A DNA stretch of 64,000 bases. It comes from Octopus vulgaris (lineage: Eukaryota). Shown here one piece after another: positions 28,819-44,573 of the stretch. Where the stretch lies: NCBI GenBank assembly GCA_951406725.2, contig OX597818.1, positions 111,848,001 through 111,912,000 on the forward strand. Reading direction: 5' to 3'. A program made the translations under genes and the position numbers. Under the pieces are notes generated by a model, which was not told where the DNA came from, searched no databases, and worked only from the letters and a program-made list of their open reading frames with translations. Every line of letters begins with the position of its first letter. The stretch's first letter is position 1.

Positions 28819-29097
28819 TGTATTTATATATGATTATACACACCCATATGAATTTATATATGTATATATATGTAAATGGGTTTGTGTTTTGTTTGTGCTG
28901 GGAAAAGAATTTGAAGGTAGACCGATGAAACAATGGAAAGCAGTAATATCAAGCTATCTATTTAGCATAACACATTGAAAACACGTAAAACTATCTCCCT
29001 TGCTAAAATGTAAAGTAAAAACATAAAGACAAACACAAGTATAACTATAGGAAAAATAAAATAACAGAAATCAAAGCTAAGCGGTAATTGAAACTTC

Positions 29098-29144
<47 letters not shown>

Positions 29145-29889
29145 GACGAAAATGATATAGAACAAAGTATGTTTTAGTGAATAAAAGAGAGATGGAGAAA
29201 AATAGAGGAAAATGAAAGACAAAAAAAAATCTATGAACACGCTAAAACAATCACCTACCCTGTACAACCTCCGATCTACTAGAGAGAAATTATTAAATGT
29301 CTAGACTAAATTGACTATAACATTCTACAGTGCCGTTGTTTCTCACAAAATATTTCGAAAATATTCCATGATAATCAATAGAAATCGCGGGGAGAGGATA
29401 TGACAAGGTGTTTTAATTTCCTTTATTACTTGTTAGTTTAGGTTTTGTTATTGTTTTTATATATTATTGTTTGGACAATTTATTATATTTTTATACATAT
29501 TTTTTCCTATTTTTCGTTTTATTTTCCTTGGCTTCTATATTTCGGAAATTCTATAATTTGCTACGATTTAGAAGCTATTTGATATTATATATATATTATA
29601 CATTATACTTCTCTTTTTTCTTGTAACAATAATTACATACATTGCACGTCTTTTTACTTCAGTCTTACGGCTAAAAAGAAAGGAAAAAATAAACGGAAAA
29701 AATTCGGAAGTGTATACATAATACGAATGACTCGCACACGCACACAAGTGAATAGACATATGTATATAGCTATATACACGTGAGTCTGTATGGTGAAATC
29801 ATTTGTTTGAGGTGTCTCGCACGCTAATACGTGCTTGTGTGTATTGTTTATATATGTATACGTGTGTGCATATGTTCATATGTATTTAA

Positions 29890-30437
<548 letters not shown>

Positions 30438-31429
30438 ATCTACAGTTGTGTATATATGTATGCATATATGCTTTTATACATGTATGTGTGTGTCTATGTA
30501 CTTTGATTTTTAGCTTCCCATATCTTTTCTCTTTGTGTCAGAATTCTGTCATTTGTAATGCATAACTTTTGGTAGAGATTGACGGTTTTGGACATGCTGT
30601 TAAGATCAACTTCATTAACACTTCTCTCTTGAATTGGAATTTCGGTGACGTTCTTGAACTGTTCATTGATACAGTCGTTTTGGGGTCATAAAGATTTTGG
30701 TGTTACAAACATTTATGACAATGAAATCCTACTGAACCATGTGGGATATTATCACGATAAAGTTGGAAATAATAGAGTCTAATGCATGAGTTGCTGAACA
30801 GAGTGAGACGAATCGATTTTTGAGTGGGAATCGCGATCGTTTCAACAGTTTATGCTCGCTAGCTAAAAACGAGAGGCGAAAGTATCGATTGTATTGAAGT
30901 GAACAAAGCCAAACAATCAATGTCCGTTTCCGGTTGTACGTGCGTCTGTACGCATGGGTGTCTGCGTGATTGTTTGTGAGTTTGTGGACGTGTGTGCTTG
31001 TGTGTCTGAAATTGTAGTTGCGTATGTATGCTGTGATGTTATGCAATCACTATGCTGAAGAATTTTATAGATTCTGCAGGAGACAGACTGATATCTCTTG
31101 CATAAAACGAGATGTATTGACGAGATGGGTTTCCAATTAGAAGAGAGCTCTTACGCAACGAATCCCCGTTTTATGGTTCCTTTTTGGCACTGTATGCTGT
31201 ATTCCTTTAATGTTCGCTCGAACAGACAAGTATAAAAGTTAAAGTTCTCTTGCATTATATCAAACTGTCTTTGAACAAATGTAAGGATTGCTGGTCACCA
31301 GCCTAATCTGAGGTTAACTATGTCAAGGAAGTACAGGACAGTTAATGACAATCTTACATCTGTCTACTCTGTGTTGTGTTGGAGTTCAACAACAAAAACA
31401 ACAACAAGGGTACTAAAACTCTAGCACTA

Positions 31430-31837
31430 AGAAGTCAGGTGAACAAGATTCGACCACAAAGTTTTCCAACCCATATAGTTCTGGGTTCACTCACATTGTG
31501 TGGCACCTTGGGTAATTGTCTTTTATTATAGCCTCAGACCTACCACGGCCTTGTGAGTGGATTTAATAGAGGAAAAGTACAGATAAGCCCCTCGTATATG
31601 TACACACACACACACACACACAGACACACACATATTTAAAAAGTAAAGACAAAACAAAAGATGAAGACGGGTGTGTAAACAACAAACAGATGTATTAGTT
31701 TAACGCTCAGGAAGTGAGAAAGTCTTTTACGTTTCGAGCCTACGCTTCGACAGAAAGGAACACAGAGAGAAAATTTATGTATATATATATATATTTATAT
31801 AATAAATAATTCCCAAAATGCTTTCAATTTCCTGTTT

Positions 31838-31878
<41 letters not shown>

Positions 31879-31880
31879 CA

Positions 31881-31976
<96 letters not shown>

Positions 31977-32195
31977 AATTTCTGTATGGATTTGTGTCCG
32001 TGTTTGTACCCACCACCGATTGAGAAGAGGTGTTTGTGTGCAAACTAAGGGATTTGGCAAAAAAAGCAAAAAATAAAAGAAACGGATAAAATGGATATCA
32101 GGCTTAACAAAAAGTAATTACGTGAATGTGTTCGGTCTAAAACACTGTGCCCCAGCATGGCCACAGTCTAATGACTACAAAAAGTAAAAGATAAA
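31430..32195 (+). mobile_element. SINE family A whose internal microsatellite contains a Penelope-like fragment (31640-31775, -)
   Basis: Head and CORE at 31430-31595, 3' half at 31982-32195. The insert is homologous to 15460-15536. Confidence 0.75.
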
Positions 32196-32272
32196 AGAAA
32201 AACAACAAAAAATAAATATCAACCTATTGTAATGGAAAACTATAGAAGCTGATAGTTAATCAAAGATACCGT

Positions 32273-32652
32273 GGCACTCTGTCGGTTGCGACGACGAGGG
32301 TTCCAGTTGATCCGATCAACGTAACAGCCTGCTCGTGAAATTAACGTGCAAGTGGGTGAGCACTTCACAGACATGTGTACCCTTAATATAGTTCACGGGG
32401 AGATTCAGCATGACACAGAGTGTGACAAGGCTGGCCCCTTTGAAATACAGGTGCAACAGAAACAGGAAGAAAGAGTGAGAGAAAGTTGTGTAGAAAGAGT
32501 ACAGCAGGGATCACAACCATCCCTTGCCGGAGCCTCGTGGAGATTTAGGTGTTTTCACTTAATAAACACTCACAACGCCCGGTCTGTGAGTCGAAACCGC
32601 GATCCTACGAATCGCGAGTCCGCTGCCCTAACCACTGGGCCATTGCGCCTCC
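32273..32652 (-). mobile_element. SINE family C, full length
   Basis: Complete head to tail; best-preserved copy in the window. Confidence 0.9.
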
Positions 32653-33273
32653 ACATCAAAGATATACAAAGAGACGACATGATCATTTCAATGTATTTTG
32701 GGTGATCGGAGCAGGCTTGGAGTTAAATACCGGTAAAAACAAATCATCGCAAATGGAGAGTGTACGAAGATTATAATGTGTCTAAGATTTGAGGCAGCAG
32801 AAAATATTTTTACCTCCTGTCACTCAATGATTTTAAGAAATGATATGTTTGTGGACTTAAATAGCAAAGCCGTTGTCTCGAATTATAACAGCTATTGTCT
32901 ACTAATTGTAAGAAAACAGCACATTGTAGAAAATTATTTCTAAATATAACAAATACTTCGAAAACTAGAAATAAACAAAGAAATTATTGTAAAACCTGAA
33001 TGATAACAACAAATATTAATTGGTTGCGAAGGAGAAACAATCCGCTGGCTGGAGTAGAAGATCATGCTGATAGATATTAAAGAGAAAACAAGAAACAAAA
33101 AAACAAACAAAGAACTTATAATGAAAATGAAATCGGAAGAACTTAAAGAACTTCTTAAAGACATGGGACTGTAAAAAATAACATCTGGCGTTGTTCCGAA
33201 AAATCAGGACACAGTAACTATACGTGTCTACCTACACACACAAATATATATATATATATATACATCTATACAC

Positions 33274-33307
<34 letters not shown>

Positions 33308-33682
33308 GGGATATATGTGTAAGTATTTATATATATACACACACATATATATATATAATATATATATATATTAATACGTACGTAAACACATACATGCATA
33401 TATACGCACATATATATACATACGTATACATGCATACATATATACATACATATATAATCACACACGCATACACACACAGACATACATACACACATACATA
33501 AATACATACATACATAGATGCATACATACATAGATACATACATACATATATACACGTAAATACATACATACGCGTACATACTCACATACATACATACATA
33601 CACACTCCCACATACATTCATACATACATACACACATACATACATACATACACACATACATAGACACTCATACATACATACA

Positions 33683-33716
<34 letters not shown>

Positions 33717-33895
33717 CATAGGTGATCAATCACTCGGGGACGTCTCTTTTTTAAGGGAAAATCGTTGAACATCCCGCAGAATCAATGACTTCATATCAGA
33801 AGATACTAAAATGACAGAAAGAACCAGAATGGCGACGCACCTAAAGAATATTCATTGGTGAGAGGGAGAGAGAGGGGGAAAGAGAGATGGGGAGC

Positions 33896-34714
33896 GGAGA
33901 GACTTGATCAGAATATTTTTTTTCTTCTAGATCATAACAAATCCGATAGACAACAGAAGCAGAAGAAGCAGACATGATAATTTTGGTGGCTGCGTGAACG
34001 GGATTTGCTGCCAACACTATAGAATCTGAAAGGAATTTAGTCGGAAAACGATTGGCATAAAAGTTTCAGAAAATTACAATTTCATTACATTGATGGAAGC
34101 CGCTGTGCTGGCAATCCGAAAAGAAAAAGTATATTTGCCAGACAGCATGCTCAAATGGTCAAAGGGAATGAACATATCTCCTGTTAGTTGTACAAAATCA
34201 TTTGAACGTTTATTTAAATCAGATTGAGAGGGGGAAAAATAAGAAAGAAAAAGAAAACGATCGAAACATAAGGAACTGGAAATAGCGATATCTCGTAAAA
34301 ATGGAAGACTACAAGAGGGGGAAAAACAATACCCGATAATATTAAGTGTATGAAGAATTGTAGAACGAGATGCAGAGAAATATGCAATAAGTTACCAAAA
34401 ATTGTGCATCATATTGCAAAACAGTTGAGGTTAAAGTGCAGTTAATAATTTAAAAAAACCTAAAACTAAAAGTACCAAAAACGATAAATATGGAAATGCT
34501 TAAAATAGAAAACTACTAAAAAGGATAAAATGATGGTGATGCTAATAATTCTAATTTTGGCCCAAGGCCAGCAATTTTTGTTGGGAGGGTGGAAATCGAT
34601 TATTTCGAACCCAATATTTGATCGATATTTATTCTATCGTCGCCAAAATGGTGAAAAGATAAGTCGACCGAGGGGAAATTAGAATTAAGAATTTATCATG
34701 ACGGATGAAATACC
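33896..34714. repeat. Local segmental duplication, copy 2 (partner 11664-12486)
   Basis: Colinear match to copy 1. Confidence 0.95.
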
Positions 34715-35001
34715 GTTAAGCATTTTGTCCGACAACCTGACGGTTCAGCCAGCTGCACGTTCTGATCAAATTGTCTCTACTATGAGGGAGAGACCAGAAA
34801 TTCTTGGGTAGGGTCAAAGTCCTATTATATCCATACAAGTACTTGCTTGATCATCTGTTTTATCGACCCGAGAGGAATGGAAGGCAAAGTTGACATCGGC
34901 AGGTTTTGAAGGCAGAATTAAAAATCAGAAGAAGGATTAGACTGCAATTTGTCTGTTCTGTCGATTCTTCCATCCACCTCCCGCTAATGATGATGATGAT
35001 G

Positions 35002-35087
<86 letters not shown>

Positions 35088-35088
<1 letters not shown>

Positions 35089-35630
35089 GCCCTGATGCAG
35101 TACCAGACAGTAGCTCTCATGGCTTCTGATCTTAGCTGATTGGAAGTGTTATCATGTACATTGTTTTGTCTTGGTATAAAAGATGGCTACAGCAAATATT
35201 CTGCTCAATACCACAGATTTGCTTGTCAGTTGTTTGACCTTAACCAGTTGAGCATGTTCCTTAGTGGCTGACCATATGTGCATCTCTGATCACGAGCAGA
35301 AGTAGTGGGGGAGCATCATAACCGTGTGTTGAGTGGGATTCTTAGAGGTTTGGATAATTCACCTTTGGAAACATGGGTGGTTCTTTCAACATCCTTAAAC
35401 AATCCTTATTCAGGGACCTTTTGAGCGGGATGGGCTACTCAAGCAAAAGAAAATTCTAACTGGGCCCCACCTGCAAGGTCATGCACTGTTTATCCTGATA
35501 TGAGATCACCATGTCATGCACATATGGTTGTGATGCATGTGCCTGGTGTACCCTTATCAGACGCGTAGTCATGATGGGTATACTGGGCTTCGTATATTTT
35601 ACCCCAGTATCACTTTGATGGCATGTACTT
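35088..35630 (+). mobile_element. ~550-bp non-coding element embedded in (TAA)n (copy 2)
   Basis: TGCCCTGATGCAGTACCAG…CACTTTGATGGCATG, with (TAA)n on both sides. Confidence 0.85.
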
Positions 35631-36059
35631 CTAATAATAATAATAATAATAATAAAGGTATTAGTTTCGTAAAAGAATGTAAAACAGAAACTATCTCTAT
35701 GAAGGAAAGAAAGTATAAAGTGAAAAACTTATCTAACTGGAAATAAATTTTAGATAGAAAAAAAGCAAACAAAACAAAGGAGAAATTCGAAATGAAATTC
35801 CAAGAAGAAAAATTATAAGAAAAATTGCTTTCTGGCCGTAAGGCTCTAATGAGAGGAAATAAGCCAAAATGAAAGCCAATAATAGCTATAAAGCTCTCGG
35901 CTAAAATCGGAAACAGATATCTGTTTTTAGCTGCGCACCACCAATACCTCGTCTCAAACAATTTAAAATTATGAAAACCTAAAATATTAACGCCAAGTGC
36001 AAACTGAACAAAATACGTAACGGGACGAAGGGCAGTCGATCTAGAGAATCGTTTGAGCG

Positions 36060-36480
36060 TCGTTTCCATTACTCCCTCTGGCTTGTGTTCATACCATTGT
36101 TCGGCTCTCTTGGTCTATGCTTTATCACACGACAGCCAGTGGACATATCTGGCCACATCGTCGTGTTTTCTTTTGTATTCGCGTTATGCGAGCTTACAGC
36201 ACTCACTAACAATATGGCTTATACTTTTTCCCTTCTCAGATAACATCCTACACTGTGGCGAGTCAGTGCTTTTATCAATGTGATATTTGGAATAGTTTGT
36301 TCTGAGAGCTTGTTCTTGTGCGCCGCATACTAATGCGTCTATGGGCCCTTTTAAGTCTCCCTTCAGCAGCCATTGCCAGATTCTATTCCAGTCAATCTCA
36401 TCTTTATTCTTCAAGAACTGACTGTGCATTTTCTTGTCCTGCCAAATTTTCCTTATCTATCTTCTCTGGTGGTTCTTAAA
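36060..36480 (-). pseudogene. R4/Dong-type (RLE) LINE C-terminal fragment, zinc-knuckle region
   Basis: W.DKKMHSQF…WQWLLKGDLK…GAQEQALRTN…CRML…SISHIVSEC.KLA*REYKRKHDDVARYVHW…WYEHKP. CCHC knuckle plus RHD-like motif, with stops. Confidence 0.88.
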
Positions 36481-36619
36481 CTGTGTTGGATCGTTCACTT
36501 TTAGGGTTCCCGCATTTTCACTGCTTCAATCATTTCTTCTTTACCACCCCTACTTGACGCACCATTTATTATAGGCACAACCTTTACTGTGCGCATGCTC
36601 CAAATTCTTCCTATTTCAA

Positions 36620-37380
36620 ATTTTAAGGGATTGTTTCTTTTTTGTCTTGTTTCTCTTCCTCTTTCTTTACAATCCTGAAATTAAACGGGAGTGATTGGTC
36701 GATAAGTATGCAACTTCGCTTTACCTTAATTATAATCGTTATGTCTGGTCTGTTATTTTCTAACTTATTGTCTGTTTGAATAGGAAAATCCCACTTACAT
36801 TTCTCAGACTTCGGTGCTTTTTCGGCTCGATGATTGTACCATGTGTTTCCAGCTTCGAATCCGCATTTCTGGCACAGTTTCCAATGCAAAACTTTAACAA
36901 CCTGGTCGTGCCTCCATTTCTTATGTTCTTCCTGTGCCAAATTTGGGCATTCTTCCACAATGTGTGCCACTGTTCAAAGTTCCACTGACTCTACATTTTT
37001 CTGACACATTCTCTCCATGTATTTTTTTTTTCTCAAGTTGTTTGTTTTTATCGCCTGGGCTGCTACAACTCGGCTCCCCGTTTCTTCTTTAAATGGCTCC
37101 TTTTTTAACCAAGCCCCAGATTTTCTTCCACATACGTCTTCAGTGGGTCTTCAAAATTGGCTATGCAGAGGTTTCCCTTCGATCTCTCTGACGTACTCTC
37201 TTTGTATTTCATTCTTTTCCTTTTCTCTTACTACGCGCTTCGTAACCTCTTCTTTATTAACTGTCTTTAGTAGTTTATTTCTGTGCCACTCTGTAAATAC
37301 TCTACTAGACTTTTTCCACAAGCCACACAAGCCGTGCTTTCCACTCTTGCCTACCATTAATTTATATAATACAAGCAATC
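36620..37380 (-). pseudogene. Second R4/Dong-type LINE fragment including the restriction-like endonuclease
   Basis: KPLHSQF…AHIVEECPNLAQEEHKKWRHDQVVKVLHWKLC…WDFPIQTDNKLENNRPDI…CILID..P…KKEEEK. PD-(D/E)xK-type RLE with stops and frameshifts. Confidence 0.88.
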
Positions 37381-38075
37381 GAAATCTCTTCCCTCGCTGC
37401 TCAGCGTTTCAGGGAAATCTGTATCAAGACTATTTCTGAATAAGAGTAGGCATCTTGCTTGTAACATTGTAACAATCCTCATTCAACGGGTTACTCGATC
37501 TGAAGCTGATTCCCAACAGCTTAACCGGACGTTGAATCAGCTGGTAGCATGCACTGGCCTTAATCTTTGTTGAATCAGGAATGAGTTACAAAGTTAACTA
37601 TTAACGATAACAACTGCGCAGTGGAGGGAAAGCGTAATCATAGCACTGACTGGGTTACATATCACTGAAAATATTATATCGAGATACTCAGCCAAAATAT
37701 TCCCACTGGGAACAAACGAGAGCGATATAATAAGGAATGTATGAATTAACAATCGAATGCGAAGGGACTGAAAAGGAGGAATTACCAAAATGGTTGTTTG
37801 TCTGCACCCTTTTAACAAAAAAAGAAAACTTGTTTACAAATATGACGGTGGAAACAGTGCAACTATGGTAACATAAAAAAGATGGTGTAAACATTCATTA
37901 AAGAAGGTTAGAAAGAATGAAGAAAACTTACCTAGCTATGCCAATCCAAAAGGACTCGGATGTCAAGGTTAATCCATCGGATATTGATGTGAAGGTCACC
38001 AGAAAAAGTTGTGTCCTTTTATCAAATGATCAGTAGCAACAGGCAACGATTTATCTAAACGAAACAAGAAAACAA

Positions 38076-38134
<59 letters not shown>

Positions 38135-38169
38135 TAATAATAATAATAATTTTCGTATGTTTTTTTTTA

Positions 38170-38320
38170 GACATTCACTATTACAACACTAAGTACAAAA
38201 CCAAATATATGGCACCCCAGGCATAACACCAACATGAACTTCCAACTTGTTGTCTCTTGAGGTCTCTGGGTGAAACTTGGAGCCAACTTGTACAAATGTA
38301 AAGCAAAAGTCAAAGATAGA
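38170..38320 (+). mobile_element. Probable LINE 3' UTR ending in (TAA)n
   Basis: …GAGGTCTCTGGGTGAAACTTGGAGCC…AAAAGTCAAAGATAG-(AAT)n, lying between two (TAA)n arrays. Confidence 0.45.
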
Positions 38321-38714
38321 ATAATAATAATAATAATAAAAATAATAATATTAATAATAATAATAATGAGAATGGTGTCAAGTTGAAATTTAAATATATC
38401 TTTACACTTATTGGATTGTTTAGAACATTTTTAGTTTTTTTTTCATGGCAGTTGTGAAAATCAATTATTTGGGGTGGGGGGTAATTAGTAATTAAAAATT
38501 TACAAAATTTTCACGACTGAAATTTGCATAAAACAAATTTAGCCAATCAGATCTCTTCTGTCCCGTTCTGAGAATCATGCATCCAAACGTGTAACCTCAT
38601 TCTGGTAGGCCTCGTTCTTTATCGTTTGTTTTCGAGATGCGATATTATGAACATCACAACTTGTGATCATGAAACAAAATCATGAAAGATGCAAACGCTT
38701 ATCGAATGGCCTGG

Positions 38715-39000
38715 ATTTCCGTCAGTTGCGACAATGAGTGTTCCACTCGAAATCGACATAACTGCGAGTGAAATTAACGTATAAGTGACTGAGCACTCCA
38801 CAGACATGTATACTTTTAACGCAGTTCTCAGGAAGATTCAGTGTGATACAGAATGTGACAAGGCTGGCCCTTTGAAAACACAGGTACAACACATTTTGCC
38901 AGTTGAGCGAAGAAACGAATAATAAAGAATCTTACTGCTAGTAATCGAAATCACGACCTTGAAATCGTGAGCCGAATACCCTAACCATAAAGCGACGTTT
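38715..39000 (-). mobile_element. Degenerate SINE family C variant
   Basis: Homologous to 9805-10093 and to the tail of 32273-32652. Confidence 0.72.
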
Positions 39001-39047
39001 CTTCTCATTAAAGAATAAAAGAAAAGGACGGCAAAACGTAATTGTTA

Positions 39048-39202
39048 CCCTGAACCCTAACGCTACTCCTAAACCTAACTCTAATAATAAACCGTAAACT
39101 TAATATTAAACCCCAAATCCAAACCTAACACTAACTCTATTCCTGAACCCTATCCTTAAACCCTAAGCATAACCCTAACTTTGAACCTTAATACAACCCT
39201 GA
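39048..39202. repeat. Degenerate (CCCTAA)n telomere-like tract
   Basis: Hexamer-periodic CCCTGA/ACCCTAA/CCTAAA/CTCTAA variants. Confidence 0.7.
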
Positions 39203-39564
39203 CGATCATTTCAATCGTTTCCCATGGGAATCTATACAAAGGACATATCAACTGCGATCATCTGCTGGGAAGGGGTTAATCAACTGGTCGCAATTAATTT
39301 CTCAACAATTGAGGGCATTTCCGTTATGCGGAGAATAAATAAATCTGATTGGCTAAAAATTACGGACAAATTGCATTCGTTAACCGTTCGTTAACATTCT
39401 TTTCTTCTTTTTTTTGTTATTAATTTCTCTCAAAATTCTGGTGATTTTCGTAAATTGCCTCGGAAAATTACATCTGTGTGGAAACATTCAATAAAGTATG
39501 TCAAATCGGAAAGATTCAATCTCTACAATGCTAGGATCACTGAAGATGCTTCATAAAAGATGCA

Positions 39565-39648
<84 letters not shown>

Positions 39649-39763
39649 CACATAGATATATATGTACGTATATATACATTTACATACATATACACACATA
39701 TATACATATTAATATATATATATATGTATGCATATATATGAACACACACACACACACACACAC

Positions 39764-39800
<37 letters not shown>

Positions 39801-40092
39801 ATATATGCATACATATATGTGTGTGTGCGTGTGTGTGTATGCGTGTGTGTGTGTGTGTTCGTGTGTGCATAAAACCAATAGTCCAGGAATTACACACACC
39901 CACGACATAAAAAAAAATGGCACAACTGCTTACTACACATATATTACATCCAATGATTTTCAATACAAAAAAATAAAAAACACCAAGCAGACAAGAACAA
40001 AAATAAATCAAAACGAAATAGTGCACGTTATCGATGCGTGGAGGATAGCACACGACCGAGTAATAAAAAAACGATCTCCCCGAAGAAAATAG

Positions 40093-40093
40093 C

Positions 40094-40143
<50 letters not shown>

Positions 40144-40194
40144 TAATAATGATAATAAAAAAATAATAATAATAATGATAATAATAATAATGAA

Positions 40195-40241
<47 letters not shown>

Positions 40242-40256
40242 TAAAAAATAATAATA

Positions 40257-40287
<31 letters not shown>

Positions 40288-40302
40288 TAATAATGATAAT
40301 AA

Positions 40303-40394
<92 letters not shown>

Positions 40395-40465
40395 TTGAGG
40401 ATGTTGAGGATGATAATGATGATGATGTTCAAGATGATGATGATGATGATGATGATGATGACAAT
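40093..40465. repeat. (AAT)n grading into (GAT)n
   Basis: Direct reading. Confidence 0.97.
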
Positions 40466-41110
40466 GATCCTTGCTACTTCAGGCCCATATTTGTTATCTA
40501 ATTTGACAGATGACCTTTCGCTAATAGAATTCCTGAATTTACGACTAATGAAAATCCGGAGAAGAAATGGAAAGAAAAAGCAGCCTGAAATAATATAAAA
40601 ACATAACAAACAAAAACAAATATGCGGTGATCGATATCAGTTGTATAATGTATTGGAAAGTTCGATATTTCCCTTCCACGCTGTACCATATATACTGCAA
40701 GATAGCTTAACTCTTCAACCTACATTTTCCAATACATATTACGTGCTATCGATCTCCCTTCGATGATTCTACGTTCCCCAATTTCCCAGTTTCCCAATTT
40801 AGCGTTTTCGAGTTTCTGGTTATAGGTCCGCGAGCGATATATGTGCGCTCGAGTGTGCGTATATTTGTCCCTGTGTGTACGTGTGTGTTGAGACACGTAT
40901 GTATATATATATACACATGCATGCATACGTACATATATACGTATATACATGTTTATCTACTTCCACTTACAATAGATATGTATATACACACAGACAGACA
41001 TAAACACAATAAATACACGCATACATATATATGTGCGTATATATATATATATATATATATGCATATATATATACATACATATACACACATATATATATAT
41101 ATACATATAC

Positions 41111-41177
<67 letters not shown>

Positions 41178-41182
41178 TATAT

Positions 41183-41302
41183 AGGCGCAGTAGTAGTTGT
41201 GTGGTAAGTAGCTTGCTTACCAACCACATAGTTCCGGGTTCAATCCCACTGTGTGGCACCTTGTGATTGGATTTCGTAGACAGAAACTGGAAGAATGGTG
41301 TC

Positions 41303-41305
<3 letters not shown>
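41183..41305 (+). mobile_element. SINE family A head with a deletion
   Basis: GGCGCAG…GTGTGGTAAGTAGCTTGCTTACCAACCACA…GGGTTCAATCCCACTG.GTGGCACCTTG. Confidence 0.8.
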
Positions 41306-41371
<66 letters not shown>

Positions 41372-41427
41372 TATCCACATACACACACAAAAAAACACAC
41401 ATACACATATATAAATGCATATATATT

Positions 41428-41469
<42 letters not shown>

Positions 41470-42514
41470 CATGCATTTATATATGTACATACATGCATTT
41501 ATATATATATAAGGATAATATATCATATATGTGAGGGTCTGTATGTGTGTCGGTGTGTCTGTGTAACTATGGTATAACACAAAGATGGCGGATAAACGGC
41601 TTTAATGGTAGATCACAACATTTGTTTTTGCACCGCAGCAAGCTTTACGTTTCTCAAAGACAATTGTAGAATATACTTCCTGACTATTATACAGTTGAAT
41701 GCTGCTCAGCAACGGCCGTTTGTGGGCGCTTCATCAGAGCAGAATGCGATTAATTCCAGATGGACACTCCTGAATACACTTATATCCAGCTTAGATACAC
41801 AGACACAGATACACACATACACAGAGACACATACACACAGGCACATGTACACACACACGCGCCTTGTGACACCATGGGGCAGTGGATAAAGCTGATTTTG
41901 AAGAGAAGTTAAAGCTCTCTCCCTCGGCATGTATATAGATATATGTGTGTGTGTAAGAGTGCGGATGTGAATGCGTAAATGCGCGCATGAGATTCTGTGT
42001 ATGTGTCTTGACGCGTGGCTCACTGATCTTTTAGATATAGGTCTCTGTGTATGTGTATATATGTACATATATACATATATGTATGTATATGTATACAGAT
42101 ACACACACAGATACAAACACACACACTCAAAGACACACAAACACATACAGTCACATAATACACATAAACACACACGCACATATATACACACACAGACACA
42201 CACTCACATACACATTCACACAAACACAGACACACACACGCTCACACACACGCAGAAACACACTCACACGAACACAGACACACACATCCACTCACATACA
42301 CACTCACACACACTGATACACACACAAGGTTTAGAGTTAACTATGGGAAAAACATCTCTCGGTACCATCGAAGAGATCAATAATAGATCAATAATGTATT
42401 CTAATTTTGCCACGTTTCTTTCTTCCTTCTGTGAAGTTCCTCTGAAGGTGCAGAGAATCTTCAACATCTATTGGTAGAACTCAAAGTACCAAGAAACTAG
42501 CTCGACCAGAATAA

Positions 42515-43150
42515 TATCTATGTATTTATGTCATTATTCAGTTTATTTCAAGATTTCTTGGCAATAGAGAGAGAACCAGTCTCTAAACTAGATCCAAGGC
42601 TCCTTTATTGGAATTTCAACATCACCAACAGGGTATTTTTGTTTGTATGTATATGTGTATGTATGTGTAGTTTTGTATGTTTTGTGTATGTATTCTGATG
42701 CATATAGTTGCATGTAGTCTCTTCCATTTTTTAATTATTATAAATCTTCTACTGAGGAGGGAGCCGGTTTCCAACAAAGATACAAGGCTCCATGTTTGGG
42801 ATGTACTTAAACTAGACAAATTCATATTTGGAACTTGAGAAAAGTCTTGCACATTTTTACTGTTCCACTCACAGATTGCACTTGTAATATACGAATTAGT
42901 CGGTTGATTTCTCTTTCTGAAAATCTCAGTTTATGCAGATTCTCCTTTAAGCATTTACTAACAGAACCTAGTGCTCCAATTATTGTTGGTATGAATATGA
43001 ATTCATTGTCTGGATATAGAAGCTGGAGGTTTCGTAGCAGTTGTCCATAGATAACCTCCTTTTCTTTGATTTTCAAAGAGATATTTATATCTTCAGGGCA
43101 GCTAACCTCTATGATGGTACAGACCTTTGCCCCTCTGTCCCAAATAACAA
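42515..43150 (-). pseudogene. 3' end (RLE C-terminus plus 3' UTR) of an RLE-type non-LTR retrotransposon
   Basis: IWDRGAKVCTIIEVSCPEDINISLKIKEKEVIYGQL…FIPTIIGALG…TVKMCKTFLKFQI*. The UTR is homologous to 52760-52870. Confidence 0.85.
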
Positions 43151-43189
43151 TATCAAGCCTGTTACGCTTACGTTTGACAGAAGTTTTGA

Positions 43190-43329
43190 TGTATGTATGT
43201 ATGTATGTATGTATGTATGTATGTATGTATTTATATATGTATGTATATATGTATGTATGCGTGTATGTATATGTATGTGTGTATGTATGTATGTGTGTAT
43301 CTATCTATCTGTCTGTGTATCTATCTATC

Positions 43330-43422
<93 letters not shown>

Positions 43423-43533
43423 CCTACCTACCTACCTACCTACCTACCTAACTACCTACCTAACTACCTACCTACCTATCTACCAACCGACCTACCTACC
43501 TACCTACCTACCTACCTACCTACCTACCTACCT
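43190..43533. repeat. (TATG)n/(TC)n/(TATC)n/(TACC)n compound array
   Basis: Direct reading. Confidence 0.95.
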
Positions 43534-44038
43534 ATCGGACTCTGGTGTTTATAATACATTTGATATTTACATGTACCACTAAAGACAACTCTCCTTAGTT
43601 TTGCACGATTCTGATTGGGTACAATCTTCCGCTTAACCTGAAGAACATACTCACGCACGCACACACACACCTATACAAATCAAGCCCACGTATCTACTAT
43701 AAAAATATTATTTCTTGTATCATTTAACACTATATATATTAATCACATATGGCGTATTTAACTGACACAATGAAATTCCTTAGGTATGAACAAATCCCAG
43801 ACTCTTTCCTATCAGAGAGTGTGGTGTCTAGCGACAGATATTTCTTTTTAAGATTTATGAGAGTTCCTAACCTGATCTGTCAGCAACCGAAATTTCGAAG
43901 AATATATTTCTATATGACAAACGTGAACAAATTTTATTGTAAAGCCATATTCATTATAGGACAAATAGATATCTTCAGTGTAATATAATAAAAACGAGGT
44001 GCGTTGTTTCATGTAAATTTCTATCTGGAAATTATGTC

Positions 44039-44573
<535 letters not shown>

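Noticed and set aside
41700-41745. Minus-strand CTGATGA followed by CAAACGGCCGTT
   Set aside because: No GAAA, no helix II and helix I out of register; not a supportable hammerhead.
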